Of a stretch of DNA of 64,000 bases, positions 27,140 to 36,760 are shown one piece after another. The translations under genes were made by a program, and so were the position numbers. Source of the stretch: Candidatus Latescibacterota bacterium (GTDB taxonomy: Bacteria > Latescibacterota > UBA2968); assembly GCA_965207885.1 (NCBI GenBank), contig OZ242311.1, positions 1,312,001 through 1,376,000 of the forward strand. Reading direction: 5' to 3'. Positions within the stretch are counted from its first letter, which is position 1, and every line of letters begins with the position of its first letter. The notes beneath the pieces were generated by a model. It was not told where the DNA came from and did not search any database. It saw nothing but the letters and a program-made list of their open reading frames with translations.

Positions 27140-28132
27140 ATGTATCCCCTTACAGCCACTATCAGCGGGGTGGGGCACTACGTCCCAGAACAAAAGCTGA
27201 CCAATGCCGACCTCGAAAAAATGGTCGATACATCCGACGAGTGGATCACTTCCCGCACAGGCATTAAAGAACGCCGCATCCTCAACGAGGGGTTGGGCAC
27301 ATCTTTTATGGCTCTAAAATCTATGGAAGCCATTCTGCACAACAAAGGACTCGATGCCAGAGATATCGACTTGATCATCGTTGCGACCATCACCCCCGAC
27401 ATGGTATTTCCGTCATCAGCCTGTCTGGTACAGGACCAAATTGGTGCCACAAATGCCTGGGCTTTCGACCTATCGGCAGCATGTAGCGGTTTTCTATATG
27501 CCCTAATGGTGGGAGGGCAATTTGTTGAAACGGGCGCACACAAACGCGTGGTCGTCATTGGGGCCGACAAAATGAGCAGCATCACAGACTACACCGACCG
27601 CGAGACCTGTGTGCTCTTTGGCGATGGCGCGGGCGCGGTTTTACTCGAACCCGGCGAACCCGGTTTGGGGCTTAAAGACTTTATTCTCTATTCTGATGGC
27701 AGCGGCGTAAAACATCTGCGACAACCCGCTGGCGGCAGTCTGCTTCCGGCCTCTCGTGAAACCGTTGATAAGAAAATGCACTATATTTATCAAGATGGTC
27801 GCGAAGTTTTCAAATTTGCAGTTCCCAAGATGGCCGAAGTTTCCGCTCAAATCCTCGAACGCAACGGCCTTGTCGGCAAAGACATCGCGCTTTTTGTGCC
27901 ACATCAGGCCAACAAGCGCATTATCGACGCCTGTGTTAAACGCACAGATATACCTAAAGATCGCGTTGTAGTCAATATCGACCGCTATGCCAACACCTCG
28001 GCTGCCACTATTCCCATTGGCCTGTCTGAAGCAGTCGAACAGGGCCGTCTCAGCCGCGGTGACAATGTGCTGCTCGCCAGTGCCGGTGCGGGATATACCT
28101 GGGGCAGCACCCTGCTAACCTGGGCTTATTAA
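27140..28132 (+). CDS. fabH: Beta-ketoacyl-ACP synthase III
   Basis: DTSDEWITSRTGI, AACSGF, FGDGAGA, PHQAN, ANTSAA. Confidence 0.95.
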   Translation: MYPLTATISGVGHYVPEQKLTNADLEKMVDTSDEWITSRTGIKERRILNEGLGTSFMALKSMEAILHNKGLDARDIDLIIVATITPDMVFPSSACLVQDQIGATNAWAFDLSAACSGFLYALMVGGQFVETGAHKRVVVIGADKMSSITDYTDRETCVLFGDGAGAVLLEPGEPGLGLKDFILYSDGSGVKHLRQPAGGSLLPASRETVDKKMHYIYQDGREVFKFAVPKMAEVSAQILERNGLVGKDIALFVPHQANKRIIDACVKRTDIPKDRVVVNIDRYANTSAATIPIGLSEAVEQGRLSRGDNVLLASAGAGYTWGSTLLTWAY

Positions 28133-29050
28133 ATGACAAAAAAAGCTTTCCTATTTCCAGGGCAAGGCTCCCAATTTGTTGGCATGGGATACGACCTGTA
28201 CAGGGCCGCACCAGAAGCGCACAAAATTTTTGATCTTGCCGACGATGTGCTCGACATAGACATCAAATCATTCTGCTTTAGCGGTCCTGCCGAGTCACTC
28301 AAACAAACCGCAGTCACACAACCGGCAATTTTTGCCCACAGCATTGCCGCTCTTGAAGTACTTAAAAGCCGGGGACTGAAACCCGACCTCGTGGCGGGAC
28401 ACAGTGTCGGAGAACTCGCCGCCCTCGTTGCAGCAGGTGTCATGCGCGTCGAAGACGGCTTTCGGGTCGTCAGCGTTCGCGGACATGCCATGCAAGTCGC
28501 GGGAAAAATTCGGCCAGGCACCATGGCTGCAGTGCTCGGTCTCGACGACGACGTAATGATTCGTCTTTGCGCTGACCTCAGTTCTTCGGGCCATGTTACA
28601 ACAGCCAATTTCAATTGCCCCGGGCAAGTGGTCCTATCTGGCGAGGAAAATGCCGTTGACGAAGCACTCGAAAAAGCCAAAGCACTGGGAGCCAAACGCG
28701 CCGTGCTCTTGCCCGTAGGCGGCGCATTTCACTCGGCCCTGATGCAGCCAGCCGTAACAGCACTGACCGATATACTCGACGATGTGCCATTTGCTCAAGC
28801 GCAAATTCCCGTAATACCCAATGTCACTGCTGAATCCACACGCGATCCAGATCTGCTCAAAGACCTGTTGATCGAGCAAGTTATTTCGCCGGTTCGCTGG
28901 ACCGAATCCATGCAACGACTCATTGCAGAAGGCATGACCGAAGCCCTCGAAGTGGGGCCAGGCAATGTACTCAAAGGACTCCTGCGCCGAATTGACCGAA
29001 ATATTCCAGTCCACGAAGCCGGCACATTGGAAGCTATAGAACAACTTTAG
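28133..29050 (+). CDS. fabD: Malonyl-CoA:ACP transacylase
   Basis: FPGQGSQ, GHSVGE, AFHS. Confidence 0.95.
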   Translation: MTKKAFLFPGQGSQFVGMGYDLYRAAPEAHKIFDLADDVLDIDIKSFCFSGPAESLKQTAVTQPAIFAHSIAALEVLKSRGLKPDLVAGHSVGELAALVAAGVMRVEDGFRVVSVRGHAMQVAGKIRPGTMAAVLGLDDDVMIRLCADLSSSGHVTTANFNCPGQVVLSGEENAVDEALEKAKALGAKRAVLLPVGGAFHSALMQPAVTALTDILDDVPFAQAQIPVIPNVTAESTRDPDLLKDLLIEQVISPVRWTESMQRLIAEGMTEALEVGPGNVLKGLLRRIDRNIPVHEAGTLEAIEQL

Positions 29051-29077
29051 AGTGTTCAACTAACAGGTAACCATCCC

Positions 29078-29824
29078 ATGAACCGACTCACAGGTAAAAC
29101 AGCCCTTGTAACGGGCGGATCCCGCGGCATTGGCGAGGCCATTGCCCTGCGCCTTGCACGCGAAGGGGCCAACATCGCCGTATGTGCCAGCCAAAGCACA
29201 GAAGCTGCAGAAGCAGTGGCCGAAAAAATCCGCGCACAAGGCCGTGAAGCCCTTGTACAACAGACCGATGTCTCCAATGCCGAATCTGTTGAATCCCTTG
29301 TCGAAACCGTCCTCGACACCTGGGGCAAAATCGATGTGCTCGTCAACAATGCGGGTATCACCCGCGACAATTTGTTGATGCGTATGAAAGAAGACGAGTG
29401 GGATGCAGTTCTTGACGTCAATCTCAAAGGTGCGTACCATTGTATCAAAGCCGTCACCCGTCCCATGATGAGAGCGCGAGCCGGTCGCATCATCAATGTC
29501 TCATCGGTCGTGGGGCTTCTGGGCAATGCAGGGCAGATCAATTACGCCGCATCCAAATCGGGTCTTATTGGCCTGACCAAATCCGTAGCCAGGGAATTGG
29601 CCAGCCGCAATATTACGGCCAACGCCATTGCGCCCGGTTTTATTCCAACGGACATGACCGCCAAACTCAACGACAAAATACAAGAACAGTTGATCGCACA
29701 GATTCCACTGGGCAAACTCGGCAGTCCCGAAGATGTCGCCGCTGCCGCAGCCTTTCTCGCTTCTGATGACGCGGCCTATATTACCGGACAGGTTCTCGTT
29801 GTCGATGGCGGAATGGTGATGTAA
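29078..29824 (+). CDS. fabG: 3-oxoacyl-ACP reductase
   Basis: TGGSRGIG, NNAGITRD, NYAASK. Confidence 0.95.
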   Translation: MNRLTGKTALVTGGSRGIGEAIALRLAREGANIAVCASQSTEAAEAVAEKIRAQGREALVQQTDVSNAESVESLVETVLDTWGKIDVLVNNAGITRDNLLMRMKEDEWDAVLDVNLKGAYHCIKAVTRPMMRARAGRIINVSSVVGLLGNAGQINYAASKSGLIGLTKSVARELASRNITANAIAPGFIPTDMTAKLNDKIQEQLIAQIPLGKLGSPEDVAAAAAFLASDDAAYITGQVLVVDGGMVM

Positions 29825-29858
29825 ATAATCACTACACACTAATCACGGAGGGCTTCAC

Positions 29859-30098
29859 ATGACCGATGATATTCAACAAAAAGTTACTGACCTGATCGTT
29901 GACCAACTCGGCGTTGATGCCGATAGCGTCAATGCCGACGCCCATTTTATTGACGATCTGGGCGCAGACTCGCTCGACACAGTCGAATTGGTCATGGCTT
30001 TCGAAGAAGAATTTGACATGGAAATTTCCGATGAAGACGCCGAGAAGCTCGAAACAGTTGGCGATGCCATCGCATACTTAGACGAGCGTCTGGATTAA
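29859..30098 (+). CDS. acpP: Acyl carrier protein
   Basis: [20 protein letters not shown]. Confidence 0.97.
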   Translation: MTDDIQQKVTDLIVDQLGVDADSVNADAHFIDDLGADSLDTVELVMAFEEEFDMEISDEDAEKLETVGDAIAYLDERLD

Positions 30099-30106
30099 CT
30101 CGGAAA

Positions 30107-30137
30107 CTGGAGGCTGGAACCAATCTCCAGCCTCCAG
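30107..30137 (+). other. Intergenic stem-loop between acpP and fabF
   Basis: Perfect 12-bp stem CTGGAGGCTGGA-accaatc-TCCAGCCTCCAG with no U-tract, abutting the fabF RBS. Confidence 0.6.
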
Positions 30138-30148
30138 GAGGTCATTTA

Positions 30149-31399
30149 GTGAACAGACAACGCAGAGTGGTCATCACCGGCATGGGCGCACTTGCCCCCA
30201 ATGGCAATACTACGGAAAGCTATTGGGAAGCATTGTGCAATGGACAAACAGGTGTTGGCCCCATAACAAAATTTGACGCCACTGATTTCCGCGTGCAGTT
30301 TGCCGCCGAAATCAAAAACTTTGACCCAGCGCACTTTGGCATTGACCCTCGAAGCCAGCGCCGCATGGATCTCTTTACCCAGTACGCCATTGCAGCATCT
30401 GTTCAGGCCGTAGAAAATGCAGGTCTCGATATCAATAATGAACAGGCCGAACGCATCGGGGTTGTATTCGGCTCGGGTATTGGCGGCATCCAAACCTTTG
30501 AGGATCAGCACGAAGCCTATCGCAAAGACGGTCCAAGACGCATCAGTCCACTTTTTGTGCCCATGATGATCCCCGACATGTCCGCAGGTCAAGTATCCAT
30601 TCACCTCGGTGCCAAAGGCCCCAATTATACCACCGTCACGGCTTGCGCCTCGGCAGCCCATGCCATTGGCAATGCAGCCCGCGAAATTTGGGACGACGAG
30701 GCCGATGTCATGATCACGGGCGGGGCAGAAGCCGCCATTACCCCAATGTCAGTCGGAGGATTTGCCGCGGCGCGAACGCTTTCAACCCGCAACGACGCCC
30801 CAACGCAAGCCAGCCGCCCCTTTGACGCAGACCGAGATGGATTTGTAATTGGAGAAGGTGCCGGTGGGCTTGTTCTGGAAGAACTCGAACGCGCAACACA
30901 ACGGGGTGCCACCATCTATGCCGAAGTAGTGGGGACTGGCTACACTGGCGATGCCTATCACATTACCGGTATGGCACCTGGCGGTGAGGGAGGTGCCCGC
31001 GCCATGTGCCGTGCCATGCGGCAGGCACAGATCAATCCCGGAGACGTAGCTTATATCAATGCACACGGCACATCAACACCTGTGGGCGATCCGGCAGAAA
31101 CAGCCGCCATCAAATCCGTATTTGGCGACCGGGCCAAAAAGCTCGCCGTCAGTTCGACAAAATCCATGACCGGACATCTTCTGGGAGCTTCGGGTGCGAT
31201 TGAAACCATTGCAGCAACCCTGGCGGTTCACCACAATGTGGTACCGCCCACGATCAACTATGAAACACCCGACCCAGAATGCGACCTCGATTACGTGCCC
31301 AATGAAGCGCGAGAAATACCCGTTGAAATCGCCATCAGCAACTCCTTTGGCTTCGGAGGTCACAACGCAGTAATCATCCTGCGTAAGTTTCGCAACTAA
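30149..31399 (+). CDS. fabF: Beta-ketoacyl-ACP synthase II
   Basis: TACASA, NAHGTST, KSMTGHLLGA, SNSFGFGG. Confidence 0.95.
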   Translation: MNRQRRVVITGMGALAPNGNTTESYWEALCNGQTGVGPITKFDATDFRVQFAAEIKNFDPAHFGIDPRSQRRMDLFTQYAIAASVQAVENAGLDINNEQAERIGVVFGSGIGGIQTFEDQHEAYRKDGPRRISPLFVPMMIPDMSAGQVSIHLGAKGPNYTTVTACASAAHAIGNAAREIWDDEADVMITGGAEAAITPMSVGGFAAARTLSTRNDAPTQASRPFDADRDGFVIGEGAGGLVLEELERATQRGATIYAEVVGTGYTGDAYHITGMAPGGEGGARAMCRAMRQAQINPGDVAYINAHGTSTPVGDPAETAAIKSVFGDRAKKLAVSSTKSMTGHLLGASGAIETIAATLAVHHNVVPPTINYETPDPECDLDYVPNEAREIPVEIAISNSFGFGGHNAVIILRKFRN

Positions 31400-31410
31400 C
31401 GAGACCATGC

Positions 31411-32187
31411 ATGCTACGTGAATTGAAAGGGGGCGGTTTTATCCGACTCGGAACCGTCTTACAAACAATCAGGCGCTGGTCCGCGGGCGTCAGAGTGCGT
31501 TCCCAGGAAGAACTCCAACGCAAACTCGGTTATACCTTTTCCAATACCGCTTTACTCGAACAAGCCCTTAAACACCGGTCCCATGTTTACGTCACTCAAG
31601 AAGGCAGCATTGCTTCCAACGAACGCCTGGAATTTTTGGGCGATGCCGTGCTCGATCTCATTGTGACAGAACATCTCTACAATCAGTTTAAAAATAAAAG
31701 AGAAGGCGAACTCACACAGATCAAGTCTCTGCTCGTCAGCAAGGTCGTCCTGGCCGAAAAAGGCCGCAAAATCCAACTCGGAGAATATCTCTATTTGAGC
31801 AAAGAAGAAATCTCATCTGGCGGGCGCCAACGCACCTCAATTATCGGCGATGCTTTTGAAGCGCTCTTAGGTGCGATTTACCTCGATGGTGGACTTGAAG
31901 CTGCCCGCTCATTTGTCGAACGCACAATTCTAACCAATGTTGAAGAAATCCTCGCCGACGGCAACTATCTCAACTTCAAAAGCCTGCTTCTCGAACACAC
32001 GCAGAGTACGGGACAGGGCCATCCGCGATATCAGCCCATATCCGAGGAAGGTCCAGATCACCGAAAAATTTTCTTTATTGAAGTAACCCTTCAGGGCAAT
32101 CGATTGGGCGAAGGACAGGGGCGCAGTAAAAAAGAAGCCCAACAGATGGCCGCAAAAGACGCGCTCAGACATCTGGGCCTGCACTAA
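31411..32187 (+). CDS. rnc: Ribonuclease III
   Basis: NERLEFLGDAVL, DAFEALLGAIYLDGG and a dsRBD (GPDH...SKKEAQQ). Confidence 0.95.
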   Translation: MLRELKGGGFIRLGTVLQTIRRWSAGVRVRSQEELQRKLGYTFSNTALLEQALKHRSHVYVTQEGSIASNERLEFLGDAVLDLIVTEHLYNQFKNKREGELTQIKSLLVSKVVLAEKGRKIQLGEYLYLSKEEISSGGRQRTSIIGDAFEALLGAIYLDGGLEAARSFVERTILTNVEEILADGNYLNFKSLLLEHTQSTGQGHPRYQPISEEGPDHRKIFFIEVTLQGNRLGEGQGRSKKEAQQMAAKDALRHLGLH

Positions 32188-32189
32188 CC

Positions 32190-33029
32190 GTGACACAATA
32201 CGATCCCCCCAAATGGCGTTTCCTGAATACCCAACATGGAAACGCCTTTTTTAATATGGCAGTAGATGAAGCCCTCGTGCGCTCGATAGCAACAGGTGCT
32301 CGGCCCGCATTTCGCGTTTACGGGTGGCAACCGCCCGCGGTCTCCTTTGGATATGCACAGCGCATCAGCCGCGAAGTCGATGCCCAAAAAGTTCGCGAGC
32401 GCGGTATCGACATTGTCCGTCGTCCCACCGGTGGCCGCGCTGTCTTGCACTGGAACGAACTGACCTACAGCGTTGTCTGCCCTGCCGACAATCCCGTGAT
32501 GGGGGGCAATATCAACGAAGCCTATCGCAAAATCAGCGAAGGCCTCCTGGCGGGTATTCGCGCTCTCGGCGTCGATGCGACCTTTGAATCCCGTCGCCAA
32601 ACACAGCCCTCACCGCGCGGCAAAGAACTCACCGCGCCCTGTTTTACCAGTACGGCGCAATACGAAGTCACATTTAAGGGGCGCAAACTCATCGGCAGCG
32701 CGCAACAGCGCATCGGTACAATGCTCTTGCAACACGGATCACTCCTGCTCGGCGCAGAGCACAAACAAATCGCCGACCTTCTGCCCGGCGACAAACCAGG
32801 CCTACAAAAGCGTTTTGCACGCGAACTCGACCGCCACACCACCTCGCTCTCTGAAGCTCTCGCATACCCCATCAATTTCGACACGGCGGCCACAGCCATC
32901 CGGCAAGGCATTCAAAATACCTTTAACATCCAACTTGTTGAAGCCTCACTCAGCGAAACAGAAATCGCCGAAACCCAACGCCTTATCGCCGAGAAATACG
33001 CAACCTATGAATGGAATGACAAGTATTGA
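32190..33029 (+). CDS. Lipoate-protein ligase/octanoyltransferase (LipM/LplA-like)
   Basis: NMAVDEAL, RRPTGGRAVLH, KLIGSAQ, QHGS. Confidence 0.88.
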   Translation: MTQYDPPKWRFLNTQHGNAFFNMAVDEALVRSIATGARPAFRVYGWQPPAVSFGYAQRISREVDAQKVRERGIDIVRRPTGGRAVLHWNELTYSVVCPADNPVMGGNINEAYRKISEGLLAGIRALGVDATFESRRQTQPSPRGKELTAPCFTSTAQYEVTFKGRKLIGSAQQRIGTMLLQHGSLLLGAEHKQIADLLPGDKPGLQKRFARELDRHTTSLSEALAYPINFDTAATAIRQGIQNTFNIQLVEASLSETEIAETQRLIAEKYATYEWNDKY

Positions 33030-33438
33030 TTCTTCAAAGGCCTGGACCTCGCATCCCTTGCGCGAAGAGCCTTTGGCAAAATCTGTTTTACTCGTGCTCA
33101 TCATCCTGGGCGTCGCGTTTATTGTCGGCGTGAGCTTTCAGAGCATCTCTTTCGCCTTTCTTTCACTCGCATTGCTCACCGCGGCGATGACCCGCTATTT
33201 TTTCACAACGCGCTATGTTATCGACCCTCGCGGTTTTACCATTTCACATATCGGTATGCGCAGGCAGTATTTGTGGACAAATTTTCGCCGCGCCGCACGC
33301 CATCCCAACGGCGTCTTCTTAAGTCCTTTTGCCAAACCGCATCGCCTCGACACATTTCGAGGTCAATTCCTGCGCTCGAAAAACCCCGCTGAGATCTACC
33401 ATGTCGTCCAAAAACACATCGCTATTGACCCGACTTAA
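33016..33438 (+). CDS. Hypothetical membrane protein (2 TM plus small beta domain)
   Basis: Two hydrophobic helices and GVFLSPF..P.RLD.FRG. Overlaps both neighbours. Confidence 0.6.
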   Translation: MTSIDSSKAWTSHPLREEPLAKSVLLVLIILGVAFIVGVSFQSISFAFLSLALLTAAMTRYFFTTRYVIDPRGFTISHIGMRRQYLWTNFRRAARHPNGVFLSPFAKPHRLDTFRGQFLRSKNPAEIYHVVQKHIAIDPT

Positions 33439-33754
33439 AAATTATTGCACCCATGCCTTTGCCGTTTCTCCCCCCGAAAGTGCTATCACTGAAGACGATG
33501 AAGTTCTCGCCGAAAAAGCCGCCGCCTTCATCGTGAGGCGCAGACTCACAGCGCCAGCTATTATGTTACTTGAAACCGGGCGACCCTTTAACTATATTGG
33601 CAGCCAACTTTTGACTTTTTTGTCGCCCTTCGTATCCATCATCTTCTCCTCAACAGCCGAGTTTGACCGCTTCACGCGCTTTCTGGAAAAACGGGAAAGC
33701 ATTCCCTGCCTCATTCGCCATATTGAAACCCTGGAAAACAAAAACCATGGATAA
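33401..33754 (+). CDS. Conserved hypothetical protein upstream of the GlmL-like gene
   Basis: EKAAAFIVRRRLTAPAIMLLETGRPFNYIGSQLL. Coupled to the next gene. Confidence 0.6.
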   Translation: MSSKNTSLLTRLKNYCTHAFAVSPPESAITEDDEVLAEKAAAFIVRRRLTAPAIMLLETGRPFNYIGSQLLTFLSPFVSIIFSSTAEFDRFTRFLEKRESIPCLIRHIETLENKNHG

Positions 33755-35534
33755 ACTCGACGTCATCATCGCTACCGATTGCGGCAGCACCACGACCAAA
33801 GCCATCTTGATAGAAAAAAAGGGCGATGTCTATCGCCAGACCTATCGAGGCGAAGCACCTACCACAGTTGAAGCCCCCTATGAAGACGTCACGCGCGGCG
33901 TACTCAACGCCATTCAAGAAGTCGAAGAACTCTCTAACAGACAAATTCTCGACGGCGAAACCATCATCACACCCGCAGAAGATCATCGCGGGGTTGACAT
34001 CTACATTTCTACCAGCAGCGCAGGCGGCGGTCTGCAAATGATGGTCGGCGGCGTCATTCAGGCCATGACCGGCGAAAGCGCACAGCGCTGCGCCCTCGGC
34101 GCAGGCGCAATTGTCATGGACATTCTCGCGTCCAACGACGGGCGGCAGCCCCACGAAAAAATCGAACGCATTCGCCAGTTGCGCCCCGATATGGTGCTCC
34201 TTTCGGGCGGCACAGATGGCGGCACCATTTCGCACGTTGTCGAACTGGCCGAATTCATTTCGGCAGCCGACCCCAAACCGCGATTTGGATCGGGATACCA
34301 ACTGCCCGTCATTTACGCTGGAAACAAAGATGCCGCGCAGGAAATCGAACGCACCCTGGGCGACAAAACTGCCCTCACCATCACGGAAAACATCCGCCCC
34401 ACGCTCGAAGAAGAAAACCTTGGACCAGCTCGCCACGTGATCCACGACCTCTTTCTCGAACACGTCATGGCGCAAGCACCGGGCTATCGAAAACTCATCT
34501 CCTGGACAGGCGCACCCATCATGCCCACGCCCGGCGCAGTTGGCCTCATGATGCAAACCGTATCCAAACAACAAAATATCAATGTCGTGGGCGTTGACAT
34601 AGGCGGCGCCACCACCGACGTATTCAGCGTCTTTGACGATATCTTCAACCGCACGGTATCTGCCAATCTCGGCATGTCCTACAGCGTATCCAACGTACTC
34701 GCCGAAGCGGGCCTCAACGATGTCATGCGCTGGGTGCCTTTCAAAATCGACGAAGCCGACCTGCGAGACCGCATCAAAAACAAAATGATCCGCCCCACCA
34801 CAATTCCGCAAATGCTCGAAGAACTTCAGGTCGAACAGGCCATTGCCCGCGAAGCCTTGCGCCTGGCCTTTATCCAGCACCGTGCACTGGCCGTGGGTCT
34901 CAAAGGCGTACAGGCAGAGCGCACCCTGTCCGATGTATTCGACCAATCCGAAGGCGGCGAAAGCCTCATCAAAATGCGCGACCTCGATCTCCTCGTCGGA
35001 AGCGGCGGCGTTCTATCTCACGCTCCGCGTCGAATGCAAACAGCCGCTATGCTCATTGACGCCTTCCAGCCCGAAGGCATCACGCGCCTCGCCGTTGACA
35101 GCATCTTTATGATGCCACACCTCGGCGTGCTTTCATCGGTCAACGAAATCGCCGCCACGCAGGTTTTTGAACGCGACTGCCTCATTTACCTCGGCACCTG
35201 TATCGCACCCATCGCCCAGGGCAAAATCGGCACGCCCTGTGCGCAATACGAAATCGGCCTTCCCGACGGAACCCAATCGGGCACCCTGAATATTGGCGAT
35301 CTTCTACATTTCCCGCTCGAAGCAGGTCAGGAAGCACACCTCACCTTACAGCCCGAGCGCAACACAGACGCAGGTGCCGGGCCGGGCCGAGAACTGAACA
35401 CCACAGTCAAAGGGGGCACCGCCGGGCTGATCCTTGACGGACGCGGGCGCCCCATTGTATTTGCCGAAAATCAATCCGAACGCGCCGATCAAATAAGCCA
35501 GTGGAGCGAGACCCTCGACCTCTATCCCCGGTAA
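33747..35534 (+). CDS. GlmL/MutL(Clostridium)-family ASKHA ATPase
   Basis: IATDCGSTTTKA, SSAGGGL, GGTDGG, MPTPGAV, VDIGGATTDVFS, GSGGVL. Confidence 0.85.
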   Translation: MDKLDVIIATDCGSTTTKAILIEKKGDVYRQTYRGEAPTTVEAPYEDVTRGVLNAIQEVEELSNRQILDGETIITPAEDHRGVDIYISTSSAGGGLQMMVGGVIQAMTGESAQRCALGAGAIVMDILASNDGRQPHEKIERIRQLRPDMVLLSGGTDGGTISHVVELAEFISAADPKPRFGSGYQLPVIYAGNKDAAQEIERTLGDKTALTITENIRPTLEEENLGPARHVIHDLFLEHVMAQAPGYRKLISWTGAPIMPTPGAVGLMMQTVSKQQNINVVGVDIGGATTDVFSVFDDIFNRTVSANLGMSYSVSNVLAEAGLNDVMRWVPFKIDEADLRDRIKNKMIRPTTIPQMLEELQVEQAIAREALRLAFIQHRALAVGLKGVQAERTLSDVFDQSEGGESLIKMRDLDLLVGSGGVLSHAPRRMQTAAMLIDAFQPEGITRLAVDSIFMMPHLGVLSSVNEIAATQVFERDCLIYLGTCIAPIAQGKIGTPCAQYEIGLPDGTQSGTLNIGDLLHFPLEAGQEAHLTLQPERNTDAGAGPGRELNTTVKGGTAGLILDGRGRPIVFAENQSERADQISQWSETLDLYPR

Positions 35535-35619
35535 GAGAAAGGCCATAATTTAAATTTATTTTCTTGTAAAGTAACCCACGCATTGTATATTCCGTTATCC
35601 GTAACCCAGGTATTACTCT

Positions 35620-36738
35620 ATGGCACACGCATACACACCCGGTCTTCGCGTTACCCCACAGACCCTTCTTCAACGCCAGCGCCAACTCCCCCTCAAAGGT
35701 GAAGTCGTCGTATCACAAGGCGATAGCGTGACGCGCGATCAGGTCGTTGCCCACACGCACTTGCCCGGCAACGTCACCACTCTCAATCTGGTCAATATCC
35801 TGAGTTGCACACCAGAAGAATTGCCCAATTACATGCTCAAACGCGAAGGCGACCCCGTCGAAGTAGGCGAACCCATTGCCGAAACCCGCCCCTTCATCAA
35901 ATGGTTCAAAACCACCGTTAAAGCACCTATTAGTGGCACCCTTGAAAGCATCTCCAAAATCACTGGACAGGTCATCTTTCGCGCCCCTCCGCGCCCCGTT
36001 CAGGTACAGGCATACATCGATGGCAACATAGTTGAAATCCTGCCCGAAGAAGGCGTCATTGTCGAAACCACAGGTGCATTTGTGCAGGGCATCTTTGGCG
36101 TAGGCGGTGAGACCTGGGGACCTCTACACGTCATCTCCGAAGAGCCAGATCAAATATTAACCCCCGACCAAATCGACGACTCGTGCGCGGGAAAAATCGT
36201 CGTAGGCGGCAATTTGCTCACTCTCGATGTGATCGACAAAGCGCGGGAAATCGGCGCCGTTGGCATCATTGGCGGCGGCATCCGCGACGCCGACTTGCGC
36301 GACCTGCTCGGTTACGACCTCGGCGTAGCCATCACCGGCACCGAAAATATCGGCCTCACCGTCATCCTCACCGAAGGCTTTGGCTCCATCTCAATGGCGC
36401 ACAAAACCTTTGGCATACTGAGCGAAAACAACGGCAAAGAAGCCTCTGTCTCGGGCGCCACCCAGATCCGCGCAGGTGTTCTGCGTCCCGAAATCATCAT
36501 TCCAGAATCCAGCATCCACGAACAAACCGAAGAATCCGATCATCCGGGCCTCATCGAAGGGGCACTCTTGCGCGTGATTCGCGCGCCCTATTTTGGTCAG
36601 GTGGGCAAAGTCACGGCACTGCCACCCGAATTGCAAACAGTCGAATCCGAAACCCATGTGCGCGTACTCGAAGTCGAATTTGACAATGGCGAACGCGCCA
36701 CTGTCCCGCGTGCCAACGTCGAACTCATCCAAGAGTAA
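35620..36738 (+). CDS. Conserved hypothetical protein with barrel-sandwich-hybrid-like and C-terminal KOW/SH3-like segments
   Basis: EGDPVEVGEPIAE...KAPISGTLE, VILTEGFG, GATQIRAGVLRPE, VIRAPYFGQVG...VPRANVE. Confidence 0.7.
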   Translation: MAHAYTPGLRVTPQTLLQRQRQLPLKGEVVVSQGDSVTRDQVVAHTHLPGNVTTLNLVNILSCTPEELPNYMLKREGDPVEVGEPIAETRPFIKWFKTTVKAPISGTLESISKITGQVIFRAPPRPVQVQAYIDGNIVEILPEEGVIVETTGAFVQGIFGVGGETWGPLHVISEEPDQILTPDQIDDSCAGKIVVGGNLLTLDVIDKAREIGAVGIIGGGIRDADLRDLLGYDLGVAITGTENIGLTVILTEGFGSISMAHKTFGILSENNGKEASVSGATQIRAGVLRPEIIIPESSIHEQTEESDHPGLIEGALLRVIRAPYFGQVGKVTALPPELQTVESETHVRVLEVEFDNGERATVPRANVELIQE

Positions 36739-36760
36739 ACGACCCATCGGGAGATTGCGT

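Noticed and set aside
32575-33015. First half of the 287-aa ORF
   Set aside because: It is an alternative frame within the lipoyl transferase gene. Only the part from 33016 looks like a protein.
33747-35534. Calling this a glutamate mutase or DNA-repair MutL
   Set aside because: It has ASKHA motifs only, with no B12-binding or GHKL motifs and no glmS/glmE in the window.
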